Source of the DNA: the human T2T-CHM13v2.0 reference genome, Homo sapiens
NCBI RefSeq assembly: GCF_009914755.1
Contig: NC_060939.1
DNA: 64,000 nucleotides
Reading direction: 5' to 3' (one strand)
The position numbers and the translations under genes are program-made. Below are positions 18,983 to 32,046 of this stretch, piece by piece. Each line of letters opens with the position of its first letter. Within the stretch, counting starts at the first letter, position 1. The notes beneath the pieces are model-generated. The model saw nothing but the letters and a program-made list of their open reading frames with translations, was not told the DNA's origin and ran no database searches.

Positions 18983-19826
18983 ATGTGTAACTACTCATCC
19001 CAGTTTGTTATGCCAGTCCAATTTACCTGCTGCTGTCAGGGAAGTCCATAAAGTTTGACATTTGACATTTGAATCAGAATGTTAACTTTTCAAAAACTAT
19101 TATTACTCGTTGCATTAAAATAAGCTGGGGTGGGTGGTTATGAATGTTGCAGGATCTTTGCTTTAAATTTCCAGCCTTTGTCATGGTCTTTTCTAATGGC
19201 GAGATGCATTAACATTTCCCATATGGTGTTAAATCTGAAATACGGCCAGCAATCACTTTCCCCCACCATTTTCTGATACCGGACGTAATACTTCTCTTTC
19301 AAAGATGGCATGCACATGCTTGCTGAACAAATGAAGTGTACAGGTACATGAGTGGCTAGGGACAGTTCATTCTTCCTGACCATGTCTTTTGTGAGATGCA
19401 CAAAGCTGCTAGGCTTCCAGATAGTGAGGTCAGTGGGAAATGTGAGAAATTGTAGGTTAGATACAAGTGCAGGAAATACAATCTGAACAGCCTTGCTGCA
19501 ACATATTTAGATAGTAGTCTGTATACTCTTTCACAGTGATTTTGTCATTTATTTTCCTGATGTAAATAAAGACTTTATTTTCTTGTGTGGTGATGCCTTT
19601 TTACTTTGCAATAAACATTTTTGGCAGCAATAAACTTTAAAAAGTTCATGTTTATAAAAATTTAAGTCCCAAATTTCCTTCTCAAGTAAGTTGATTATGA
19701 ATATGTATACCACACAAAATACTGTATCCACCATGGGGACCACAGAGATGTTACTTCCAATATTAAAACTAGAAGACACGGTCTTTCTGAAGAAGTATCA
19801 GTATTACTTCAAAAGTTAGTAGCTAC
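18983..19826 (+). mobile_element. Probable hAT-Blackjack DNA transposon fossil (left end plus start of the transposase)
   Basis: TIR-like tgtgtaactactcatcccagtttg near 18984. 19726-19779 translates as IHHGDHRDVTSNIKTRRH, resembling the C-terminal half of a hAT BED zinc finger. Assignment is from memory. Confidence 0.5.
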
Positions 19827-19827
19827 A

Positions 19828-20127
19828 GGCTGGGCGCTGTGGCTCATGCCTGTAATCCCAGCACTTTAGGAGACCAAGGCAGGCGGATCACTTGAGACCA
19901 AGAGTTCGAAACCAGCCTGGCCAACATGGTGAAACCCCGTCTCTACTAAAAATACAAAAATTAGCCAGGCATGGTGGTGGGTGCCTATAATCCCAGCTAC
20001 TCGGGAAGCTGAGGCAGAGAACTGCTTGAACCTGGGAGGCAGAGGCTGCAGTGAGCTAAGATTGCACCACTGTACCCCAGCCTGGGCAACAGAGTGAGAC
20101 TCTGTCTCAAAAAAAAAAAAAAAAAAA
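19828..20127 (+). mobile_element. AluS, no TSD visible
   Basis: Full dimeric Alu with an A tail. Confidence 0.95.
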
Positions 20128-20242
20128 GTATATGGGAGAATGTACATAGGTTACATGCAAATACTATACCATTTATATAAGGGATTTTGGTATCCTCAAT
20201 GGGTCCTGGAACCAATCCCCCCCAGATACAGAGGGACTACTG
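20125..20242. mobile_element. MER2 (TcMar-Tigger) terminal fragment
   Basis: ataggttacatgcaaatactataccatttatataaggga...gtcctggaaccaatccccc...agggactactg followed by TA. Confidence 0.8.
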
Positions 20243-20244
20243 TA

Positions 20245-20790
20245 ATTTTTTTTGTATAAGGAGTATGATAAAGGTTGAGGTTATTGCACAAGGATATCCA
20301 ATTTTTCCTTGGTACCTTTGTTAAAAAAAATCAATTGACTGTATATATGTGGGTCCATTTCTGGACTCTCTATTCTGTTTCACTGATGAATATATCTATC
20401 CTTAAGCCTAAACCATACAATTTTGATTACTGGTGCTTTAAACTTAAAATCAATGACAGTGAAATCTCCAGCCTTTTCTTTTTCAAAATTGTTTTGGCTA
20501 TTCTACGTTCTTTCCATTTCCACATGATTTCAGTTTGTCAGCTTCTTTTTTAAAAAAGCCAGCTAGGAAGAGTTTGTATAGAACTAGTACAACGTATAAG
20601 TAAATCTATCTAGGAATACAGTTTTATTTTTGGTTTTGAGATTTTAAACCATTAATTAAATTTCTTTAAAAGACATAGGACTACTCCAGTTATCTTTTTC
20701 TTCCTGGGTGAGCTTTGGTTGTTTATGTCTCTCAAGAAATGTCATTTCAGTTGTCAAATTTATTAGCATAAATTTATTCATGTATTTATG
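20245..20790 (-). mobile_element. Old L1M ORF2 fragments
   Basis: tatatgtgggtccatttctggactctctattctgtttcactgat; ttttcaaaattgttttggctattct. Confidence 0.7.
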
Positions 20791-20863
20791 TATTTTAATA
20801 TAAAACAGTCTAAAGTCCACCAATGTATAAAACAATTTTTCAAATAAATATTTTGAAAATTAG

Positions 20864-21726
<863 letters not shown>

Positions 21727-21729
<3 letters not shown>

Positions 21730-22030
21730 TACGTGCAGTAAAACTCATGCCTGTAATTCTAGCACTTTGGGAAGACGAGGTGGGTGGATCAGCTGAGGTC
21801 AGGAGTTCAAGACCAGCCTGACCAACATTGAGAAACCCCGTCCCTACTAAAAATACAAAATTAGCTGGGCGTGGTGGCGCATGCCTGTAATCCAGGTACT
21901 CTGGAGGCTGAGGCAGGAGAATTGCTTGAACTCGGGATGCGGAGGGTGTGATGAGCCGAGATCTCGTCATTGCACTCCATCTTGGGCGACAAGAGTGAAC
22001 TCTGTCTCAAAAAAACAAAACAAAACAAAA
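21727..22030 (+). mobile_element. AluSp-like with a (CAAAA)n tail
   Basis: cctgaccaacattgagaaacccc and gacaagagtgaactc diagnostics; abuts the GAPDH retrocopy; no TSD. Confidence 0.93.
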
Positions 22031-22434
22031 CACATTGCCTCTACCTCCCCCTTTAGAGGAGCTTAGAAAAAATAAAAGTGAAAAAATCCTACTGAAATAA
22101 TATCAGAAAGCACACTGTAGTCTTATATTACCTCCATTTCAAATCCAACTTTCAGAAAAGGAAGAAAACTATTTTGGGTAACCAAATAACAAGTCCCTTT
22201 TAAGTCCCAGAATTTAAAGATCACTGAAAAATGAAAATTATGTCTTGTACTCAAGATGCTCTGGAAATTATTTTTGAATTCCCACACCATTATCATTAAT
22301 GGACACCAGCTGTGGGCTCACAGTATCATGGGTATATTACACAATAAAAACATAGACAGGATGTCACTGCACATATGCCATGCACACAGCTTGGTTCTAA
22401 CTAGCATCACTGAGAATAGACATTTATTAAAGAA

Positions 22435-22665
22435 GATAGTGTAGCGGTTAAGAGCACAGGCTCTGGAGTCAGACCACCTGGGTTCCAATCTTGGCTCAGC
22501 CACCTATGCAATGTGTGACCTTGGGCAAATTATTTAAGTCCCATTTCTTCCTTTGAAATAACTCACAAAGTTGCTATGAGAATTAAACGAAATAATGAAT
22601 ATACAGTACTTAGTATAGTGTCTACCCCTTAGTAAGCACTCAATAAATATTAAGGATTATCACTA
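22435..22665 (+). mobile_element. MIR
   Basis: gtgtagcggttaagagcacaggctctggagtcagaccacctgggttccaatc...tgtgaccttgggcaaatt...taagcactcaataaatat. Confidence 0.9.
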
Positions 22666-23639
22666 TTGGTACTACTGAATAATTATAATGCTAAAGAGGT
22701 CCTGGTAGGACTAGGGTTTACAAAAATATATGGCACAGTTTCTCAGCTTTCAAGAACTTACAATTTAGAAATCAATTCAAAAAGCCCAAAAGGAAGGGGT
22801 AATGAAGGAAGGAAAAATAATGAAGAGTATCATTTTCCTATTAAGACCTGAAAGTTAATAAAACAAAATCACTTTAAGTCACCCAACCCAAACAGGTAAA
22901 TATTTAATCGATTTAGTGTCATTTGAACACTCAACAGAGTTAATAACACTATGCATATGATGGAGGTTGAGTACGATCTAGTACACAGGTTGACTTAGAC
23001 AGTTTAATATAAAAGTTTGGGACTGGGTTTATCCTTGAGAATATATTGATTTTGGTCATGATATTGATTTCATGACCCACCCATCCTTAAAGAGCCAGCT
23101 GAGAGACTGCTACCACCTACCAACCAGCTAACAGTAGTCAATAAGCATATAAACTGACCTACATTTTGTAAGAAATATTTTTAACTTTAAAGGTCAACTT
23201 ATATGCAGTGCTTTAGAGTTTACAAAGTTCCTGCACTCATTACTTTTTATCTCCATAATTGGGAGATGAACATGACATCCTTCACAACAATTCTAGGGCC
23301 TTCATTCAAAACAGATGATACAGTTTGTCAGATAAGGTGACTTTATATCATTTTACTCAACCAGTTCCACTTTTTTTTTACTCTTAATGTTTTGAGATTA
23401 AAGAGTAAATATGCTATGCACTGATTGTTTTTCAAAAACAAAACTGACATTCAGAAAAATGAGGTTTTCAACTCCAGGTGCTCTGATTTGCTGTAAAGCT
23501 AAAGCATAAATTACCTTCTCAGTTTCACCTCCCACTGTCTACCCCATGTTTTCTGCTTTATCTTTTCAAGATTTTTCTCCACAGATGTAGGTGTCCAGGT
23601 TCTTGTTTTCAATTTAAATCAAAATAATTCAAGAAATAC

Positions 23640-24230
23640 TCAATTCAATAAATCAATTCAAGAAATACCTACTAGCTCTACTAGCTCTGGGTGGCTGCTG
23701 GAGAGGTCCACAGATAGGTAAGTCTCTGCCTTCACAGAATTCACAATCTACTTTCAAAAGCTATAATACGAGGTCAAATAGTAAGGGCCACACAGTCGTT
23801 TACGATGTGATAGGGATTCAAAGATTGGAGAGCGCCCTCTGGTGGAAGGGGAAGAGATGATCAACAGAGACTTCAAGGCATTTAAATTTTACACAGAATT
23901 TCCATAGGAAGAACTGAAGGAAGACAGGCATTCTGGGGAAAAGGCATTACGCAGGAAACTAGTGGCAAGGGGGTGTTCACGGAAAAATGAGTTGTTCAGA
24001 TCTATCAGAGTTGAGAGAACATGTTATGAAGGGCTTTGAATATTAGGCTGGGAGGTCCTATAGATAACTCGATATTAAATGAGTCATCAAAGTTTTTAGG
24101 CAGGAGAGTTAGGTGATAAGAACTTTACTTTGGGAAGATTCATCTGATAGAAAGTGTGTAAGAAGAGTCCAAGGGGAGACTTTGGAGTTGGAGGCCACTG
24201 AGAGGGTTACTACAATATTTTAGACGAAGT
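23640..24230 (-). mobile_element. L2 relic
   Basis: aattcaagaaatacctactag...gtctctgccttcacagaattcacaatcta...atgaagggctttgaat...tttgggaagattcatctg. Confidence 0.55.
23829..23847 (-). promoter_or_regulatory. CTCF binding motif
   Basis: Minus strand reads TTCCACCAGAGGGCGCTCT, matching the CCACCAG(A/G)GGGCGC core; its CpG is retained within a local CpG cluster. Confidence 0.75.
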
Positions 24231-24719
24231 GAAACTGCTCTTTCAAGATTAAAAGTAAAGGGAAGGAGTCAGAGAGGTTGGTAGCTTAAAGGAAAAATAA
24301 AATTGGGCAAAGCTCCCCCTCAGTTCTTTTCCTTAAAGGGGCAACAAAGACCTGAGATTGTATGAAGGCAGAAAAGAAAGATTAGTAGAGAACAAAATAT
24401 TATTGATGCTAGTGGGGAGAAAAAGATCAATCACTGAATTAAAGTCCAAGAAGAAGAGGGATGGAATGGACCAGGTGGAGGTATTCATTTTGAAAAGGAA
24501 AATTCCCGTAATTCAAAAGAAAGAGAGTATAAAAGGGAAAAGAGTGAAAATACATGGAAACTTATTGAGACAGAGGAAGTTGAAGAATTTATGGCAAATA
24601 ATCTCAACTTTCTCAGAGAATAGGAGGCAAGCTCATTTGCATGGAGAACTGGGGAGAGACTAGGTATGTGCCATGAATTAGGTGTACTTAGAAAAGACAT
24701 TGAGAGGGATATAATCATG

Positions 24720-26180
24720 AGCAAAAAAGTACTGGTTAAAATATTGCTTAGACACCAAAGTAAATGCAACCAAATAAAAAATAGTTAAAATGGTCATATT
24801 CAAAATGTAAAGACTTTTGTGCTTCAGAGGACACTGACTTAATCAGTGTTAGGCTGCTATAACAAAATACCATAGACTGAGTAGTTTATAAACAGTATAA
24901 TTTATTGCTTACAGTTCTGGAAGCTAGAAGTCCAAGATCAAGGCACCAGCAGATTTGGTGTCTGGTGAGGGCCTGTTCCTCATGGATCATGCCGTGTTGC
25001 TGCATCCTCAGAGGGTGGAGGGCAGAGACAAGCCCCTTGAGCCTCTTTTATAGGCATACTAATCCCATTCATGATGGTGGAGCCCTCATGACCTAATCAC
25101 GCCTAAAGGCCCCAACTCTTAATACTACAGCATTGGGGATTATTTCCAATATATAAATTTGAGGGAAATATCAACATTCAGACCATAGCAGACACTACCA
25201 AAAAAGTGAAAACACAACCCACAGAATGAGAGAAAATATTTGCAAATTTGATATCTGATAATCATCTGGCACCCAGAATATACAAAGAACTCTTAAAACT
25301 CAGCAATGAAAAACCAAATAATGCAATTTAAAAATAGGCAAAGATTGAAACAGATATTTCTTCAAGTAAATACAAATGGCCAATAAGCACATGTAAAGAT
25401 GCTCAACATCATTTATCATTAAAGAAATGCAAATCAAAAACACAGTGAACTATTCCTTACCTACCAGGATGGTCATAGTAAAAAACACAAATGGACATAA
25501 TAAAAAATAACAAGTGTTGCTAAGAGTGCAAAGAAACTGGAACTCTCACATATTGCTGGTGGTAATATAAAATGGTTCAGCCATTTTGGGAAACAGTTTG
25601 GCAGTTTCTCAAACAGTTAAATATAGAGTTACCATATAACCCAGCAATTAATTTCATTCCTATATACCCAAGAGAAATGAAAACATATAGCCACACAAAC
25701 TTGCGCACAAATGTTCATAGCAGCATTATACATGATAGCCAAAAAGTGGAAGCAACTTAAATGTCTATCACTTGATGAATGAGTAAAGAAAATGTGGGAT
25801 ATCCATATAATTGAATATTATTTGCCATAAAAATGAAGTACTAACATTAATACATGCTGCAGTATGGATGAATCTTTAAAACATTATGCTAAATGAAAAA
25901 AGCCAGACACAAAAGGCCACTTAGTGCAGAATTCCGTTTATATGAAATGTCCACAATAGGCAATTTGATAGAGAAAGAAAGCAGATTAGTGGTTTCCAGG
26001 GGCTGAGGGAATGGGAAAATGGGAGAGTGCAGAGTGACTGCTAATGGGTACGAGATTCCTTTTTTGCAGTGATAAAAATGTTCTGAAATTACATACTGGT
26101 GATGTTTGTACAACTTTATGAATACTAAAACCCACTGATTTGTATACTTTAAACAGGCAAATTTTATGACATGTGAATCT
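24720..26180 (+). mobile_element. L1MB-type ORF2 end and 3' UTR, split by a solo LTR
   Basis: ttttgtgcttcagaggacac...[LTR]...gacactaccaaaaaagtgaaaacacaacccacagaatgagag; 3' UTR aaagccagacacaaaaggccac. Confidence 0.85.
24835..25190 (-). mobile_element. ERVL-MaLR solo LTR (MLT1A/MSTD-like)
   Basis: TG...CA termini; 5-bp TSD gacac at 24830-24834 and 25191-25195; ggctgctataacaaaataccatagactg, aagtccaagatcaagg, ttcagaccatagca. Confidence 0.9.
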
Positions 26181-26384
26181 TGTGTTGAAAAGATTGCTAG
26201 CAAGTTTAGATGACCTGTATTTTGTTCCAGATCTATTCAGAATGGAATCATGATTTTCTCAGGCTACAACACATCATAGAAGTCAGATGTGAGGGTTACT
26301 GTGAATAAGGTATTGGGAAGGCAGGAAGGCAGAGTCAAGGAATGAATAGCACATTGCTGAAATTGATATCTATAAAGCCCAGGC

Positions 26385-27316
26385 TCTTTCAAAATCCAAT
26401 AATAAAAACACAAACAATCCAATTAGAAAATAGGCAAAAGACATACAAAGACATTTCACCAAAGAGGATATACTGATGGCAAATAAGTACATGAAAAGAT
26501 GTTCAATAACATTAGCATTAAGGAAAGGCAACTTAAAACCATGAAATATCACTACACACCTATCAGGATGGCTAAAATAAAAAATAGTGACAACACCAAA
26601 TGCTGGCAAGGATGCAAAGAAACTGAATTATTCACACATTGTCAGTGGGAATGTAAAATGGTACAGCCACTCTGGGAAACAGTTTGGCAGTTTCTTACAA
26701 ATCTAAACATGAAACTACCACATAACCTAGCATTACATTCCTAGGCATTTATCCCAAAGAAATGAAAACCTATGCTCACACAAAAACCTTTACACAAATG
26801 TTCATAACAGCTTTATTCATAATAGCTGAAAACTGGAAGCAATCCAGATGTACTTCAACAGGTAAAGGTTAAACAAACTGTTATACCATGGAATACTACT
26901 CAGCAATAAAAAAAAAACTGTTGATACACTCAACAACCTACATTAATCTTCAGGAAATTATGTGGAGTGAAAAAAATCCCAAAAGGTTATAAATGGTATG
27001 ATTCAATTTATATGACATTCTTGAGATGACTAAATTATAGAAATGGGGAAAGGATTAGTAGTTGCCAAGTGTCAAGGATGAGAGGGTGAGAGGTGTCTAT
27101 AAAAGGCAATAGGAGGGATCATCATGGTGACGGAAATGTTCTACATCCTGACTGCAAGCATCATTGTCAGTATCTTGACTATGATATTGTGCTGCAGTTT
27201 TGCAAGATGTTACCATAGGGAAAAACTGGGTAAAAGATACATAGGCTCTCCTCTTTGTATTATTTCTTACAACTGCATGTAAATCTACAATTATCTCAGT
27301 TTAATTTTTAAAAAAT
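26385..27316 (+). mobile_element. L1MC1-like 3' end
   Basis: ttttgcaagatgttaccataggg...tattatttcttacaactgcatgtaaatctacaattatctc terminus. Confidence 0.85.
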
Positions 27317-27612
27317 AGCTCAGGTTAAGGGGGAGGCAAGACAAATCAAAATCTGGCATGCAGTTTTCATATTCATAAGAGGATTATAATAACTACTAAG
27401 GAAATTTTTTAAATGTATACAAAGTAAGGAGATTTGGGAACACAAGGTCTCTTAATGACAAATGGTAATTTAATATTACTTCTACCACTATTGAAATGGC
27501 TTAGGAACTACAAATGGCTAACCATTTCCAGAGGATTTATTCTCAAGGGAATGTGATGGCATAAGTGCCTCAAAGGGTAAATTAATGATACCTGAAACCC
27601 ATAGGAAACCAG

Positions 27613-27755
27613 GGCTGGGTGCAGTGGCTCATGCTTGTAATCCTAGCTCTTTGGGAGGCCAAGGTGGGAAGATTGCTTGAGTCTAGGAGTTCAAGACCAG
27701 CCTGGGTGACAGACCAAAACCTTATTTATAAAATAAAAATAAGAAAAAAAAAAAA
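27613..27755 (+). mobile_element. FLAM (Alu monomer)
   Basis: Left-arm-only Alu sequence ending in an A-rich tail. Confidence 0.85.
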
Positions 27756-27934
27756 GGCAGATCCTCTAATGCAAGCTAGGCCCTCTCATTGAGAGTCTGC
27801 TTCTGTTCCAGAATGCTTGAACAAATAATGCTTGAACAAAAGCTTAAAGAACAAATCACAAAAGAATGGATCTAACTAATAGTTATGTGAATTAGAGATC
27901 TGCAGCTATAGCACATAAGTTAGCAAAACTACCT

Positions 27935-28090
27935 CCAGATTTGAATCTCACCTCACCAATACTGTGTGACCTCAGATAAGTAATCTGTGGAGCCTCAGCT
28001 TCCTCAAATATTATAAGAATCAAAGAGATGATATATACGCCACACTTGACATGGTAGCTCCATAAGCTCAATAAATGTTTGCTATTATTA
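27935..28090 (+). mobile_element. MIR
   Basis: gatttgaatctcacctc...ctgtgtgacctcagataag...gcctcagcttcctca...ctcaataaatgtt. Confidence 0.7.
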
Positions 28091-28159
28091 ATAATCAAAA
28101 GGGGCTAGAGTAATTAACTTATGTAGTCCAACATTTCCTGCATGAAAGGAATCACTCAA

Positions 28160-29170
28160 CAACATTCTTAACATCCTATCCAACCTTTACCTGAACATAG
28201 CTACTGATAGGTAACTCACTGCTTTTCAAGGCAATCCATTCCAATGTTAGGCAGCTACAATGGCTAGAAAGTTGTTCCTTCGATTTTTGTCCCAAATCAT
28301 CTCTGTAACTTTCAAACGTTAGTCTTGGTTCTGCCTTTTTAAGCTGCCAAAAAAGGTCTGGCCCCTCTTCTGCACAGCATATCACATGTTTGGCACCTGC
28401 TATCCCATTGCCTGGCATATTTGGAAACTAGTCTGTAGTCTGCTCCTCTCTCTTCATGTGACCCAAGACACATCTCTCTGAGCCTGCTTCCTCAACTTGA
28501 AAGTCAGGATTTCAGATCAAATAATCTCTCAGGCTTTCTTCTCCCAGAAGCAAGAGCTATACTTTTACTTATGTCTTTGCCCAGTTATTCTGATTCATCC
28601 TCCCAGGTCAGTTTTCAGTCCCCACATCCACTTGGTGCCTTCCTCTGAGTACACCCTAGCTGGTTAGCATCTTTCTTAAAATTTGATGCCCAGAATAGAA
28701 CACAAAACTAAAGTTCTCACACCTGTAATCCCAGCACTCAGGGAGGCTGAGGAGGAAGATCATCGGATCCCAGGAGGTCAAGGATGCAGTGAGCCATGAT
28801 GGTGCCACTGCACTCCAGCCTGGGTGACAAAGCAAGACCCTGTCTAAACAAAACAAAACAAAACAAAACAAAACAAAACAAACTAAAGTTCTGGCAACAG
28901 TAGTCAAGTGTACTATAAAACTCTCTCCTCCCTACTTAATACAATTTAGTTTAAGCATTTGGGACTAACATTTTACCACCTTGCTTTACGGTGAGCTTAC
29001 AGCTAATTATAAACTTGGGGTCTCTTCCCATAAAATGCTGTGTTCTCTATCATGGGTATCCAGAGTTGATTTTTTGAACCTAAGTTCATGATTTTATGTT
29101 TATTTATGGTTAATGTACTCTTTTCCATCTCTTCCATCATTTCAGCCTATGAAGCTACATTGGACTCTTG
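28160..29170 (-). mobile_element. L3/CR1 relic fragments (interrupted)
   Basis: actcactgcttttcaaggcaatccattccaatgttaggcagct...tagaaagttgttcctt; tttcttaaaatttgatgcccagaatagaacaca. Confidence 0.55.
28716..28880 (+). mobile_element. FRAM or 5'-truncated AluJ right arm with a (CAAAA)n tail
   Basis: TSD aaactaaagttct at 28705-28717 and 28880-28892. Confidence 0.88.
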
Positions 29171-29302
29171 TGTTATTCATTGCATTAGTCAAAGTACATT
29201 GACTATATTCTTAATAATTAAGAAAATATTTTTAAAATCGTTTAATATTCCACTATATACACAAGTGCTTGTATACAAAAAATGTTTCCTTACTATTGAT
29301 GC

Positions 29303-29585
29303 TGAGACGGAATCTTGCTCTGTCACCCAGGCTGGAGTGGAGTGGTGCAATCTCGGCTCACTGCAACCTCTGCCTCCTGGGTCCAAGTGATTCTCCTGCC
29401 TCAGCCTCTTGAATAGCTGGGATTACAGGCGCCCACCACCATGCCTGGCTAATTTTTGTATTTTTAGCAGAGACGTGGTTTCACCATGTTGGCCAGGCTG
29501 GTCTCTAACTCTTGACCTCAGGTGATCCACCCACCTTGGCCTCCCAAAGTGCTGGGATTACAGGTGTGAGCCACCCCACCCAGCC
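29303..29585 (-). mobile_element. AluS lacking its poly(A) tail
   Basis: tgagacggaatcttgctc follows tactattgatgc directly, with no T run. Confidence 0.93.
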
Positions 29586-30266
29586 GAGTTCTTAAAACTT
29601 TAAAATTTTTCTTAAGGGTTCTGATTGTACAAACAGACAAAACATGCTTTAGACCTATCGACCTCGTAAGTTCTTTTTTAAAGATTCTAAAACTTAACAG
29701 TTTCTAAGTATGACGTACAACAGTCAAAATAAGGAACAGGGTATGCCTCTCAGTGTGTTGGAACTGCCTGATAGAAAAGAACCCACTCCACACTACCATA
29801 TAAATGTTTGTACCTTTTTGCTACTTGTTATAACAGCAAATGATTCTCCCTTGTTAATACAGTAAGAGATTTTGAAACACAGCTAGACTACCTTGCCCTC
29901 TCAAGGTGGAAAAAAAAGATTACTATAAAAATTTGCTGTTACAGACAATTTAACCAGCTTTAAAATGCTTTAGAATTATTACTGCTTACCTCCATTATGA
30001 AGCCTTCCAGTGGAAAGTTCTGGATGTTTTTGCTTTTGTAGGACACCAGAACATACCATGCTGTATTCCTTTATGTCATACTAATATTCATATGAAGACT
30101 GTGCTCAGATTGAAAGAAACTCATTCAACTAATTGGATTATGATTCTAGATGGCAAATATTGTCCCTTTCAAAGATAAAATTGTCCCAAATTTGCGCTAG
30201 CAATAAAAAAAAACAAACTGTGTTTTCCATTATCTATGTTTTATACCTGAATAAAATGAAAGATCA

Positions 30267-30575
<309 letters not shown>

Positions 30576-31917
30576 TAAGATAAAAAATAGTAAAAGTCCA
30601 TATTTCAGGTAAATCTTACGTATTCCTCTCCCTATTGCATGATTTCCTGTTTATTTGCCTGTTCCAGAGTTTCAAATTCCTTTTCTTGACCCTTCCAGAC
30701 ACTCTGCACACAAAAACATACGTGTATAAGAGCAAACTTAATATTCAGCCCAAACACCTTAAAGTTAATTACTAATATTTATAATGATGTGGGTGTTTGC
30801 ATATAATTATTGTCCATAAGTGCTGTAGCAAATGGATTAATATATTAATTTGAAGACTGCCTGCTAAATGGATAAGGACTTGTAATTAATTTTTTTTGGA
30901 ACAATCAAATTATACTGACTACCTATTATATTCTGACATGTTAATAATAGCAGAAATGCAAAACATCATGGACATAGGAATCTTGATCCACTTCAAATCC
31001 TTGACCTGGCCCTGACTGCATAGTTTCATCCTTGGTTTTCTTTATAGGCCTTACAAAGGCTGATCCCACTGCCCACAAGGGTCACTCTCTAATGGATGCC
31101 TAGTCCTGATCTCAAGTTAATAACATGCACTCTCAAGCCATTCCCTCTCCTGGGGCCATAAGGAGGGTGTTCCCACATCCTTCCCAGACAAAAACAAGTC
31201 CTCTATGACACCTATTCATATGAAATTTTTAAAATCTAATAGAATTTTGCAGCTTACGACAATAAAACATTGGTATGAACTGTGAGTTAGATCATGGGGA
31301 TATGTAATGACATTATATATAACTAGATATAATACAGTATTTGTTAAATGGGATTCTATCCATAAATTCTGTCCAAATTTATGTTAACAGTAATCCAACA
31401 CCATGTATTCTTAAAAAGGAGCCAAGAACTTAAGGCCTCATTCTAGAATACCCTCTCCAAGCCCTATCCTATATATCCAACCTAAATAGACTCTGAACTG
31501 GGAATCAATTAGTTTGGCTTTGCAGGTAAGTCATTTCTACCTAACTCCTGAAGCATTACCATGTTTATCTATAAAATGAGTAGTTTAGACAATATTATTG
31601 ATTTTTAGTCTGCGTGTTCAGAATCATAGAAGCCCCCCCAAAGTAATAATTGGGCCTGGAAGTTATTTTTATTTCAAAAAGCTTATTTGTTACACAAATA
31701 TCTTTTTTTTCTTTTTTCTGAGCTGCAGCTAACCAACTGTAATTTTCTCATATTGACCAGAAGTCCTGGTTGGCTTTGGTCAGTAAAATTAGGAAACAAA
31801 TGAATTATTATTTAATCAATAGAGAATAATAAATATTTCAAAATATGGAGGCCATGAGAAACAGAAATAATTAACATGATCTTTGGCAGGAGAAAAAATG
31901 GAAATCACAGAGCTGAA

Positions 31918-32046
31918 TTTTTTTTTTGTTTTTTTTTTCTTGAGACAGAGTTTTGCTCTGTCGCCCAGGCTGGAGTGCAGTGGCACCATCTTGGCTCACT
32001 GCAACCTCCGCACCTCACCCCCCGGGTTCAAGTGATTCTCCTGCCT
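31918..32046 (-). mobile_element. Alu right-arm fragment
   Basis: Poly-T, then gagacagagttttgctctgtcgccc...gattctcctgcct, where similarity stops. Confidence 0.9.

Noticed and set aside
19138-19401. 87-aa minus-strand ORF
   Set aside because: No recognisable domain or splice context; lies within the probable hAT fossil
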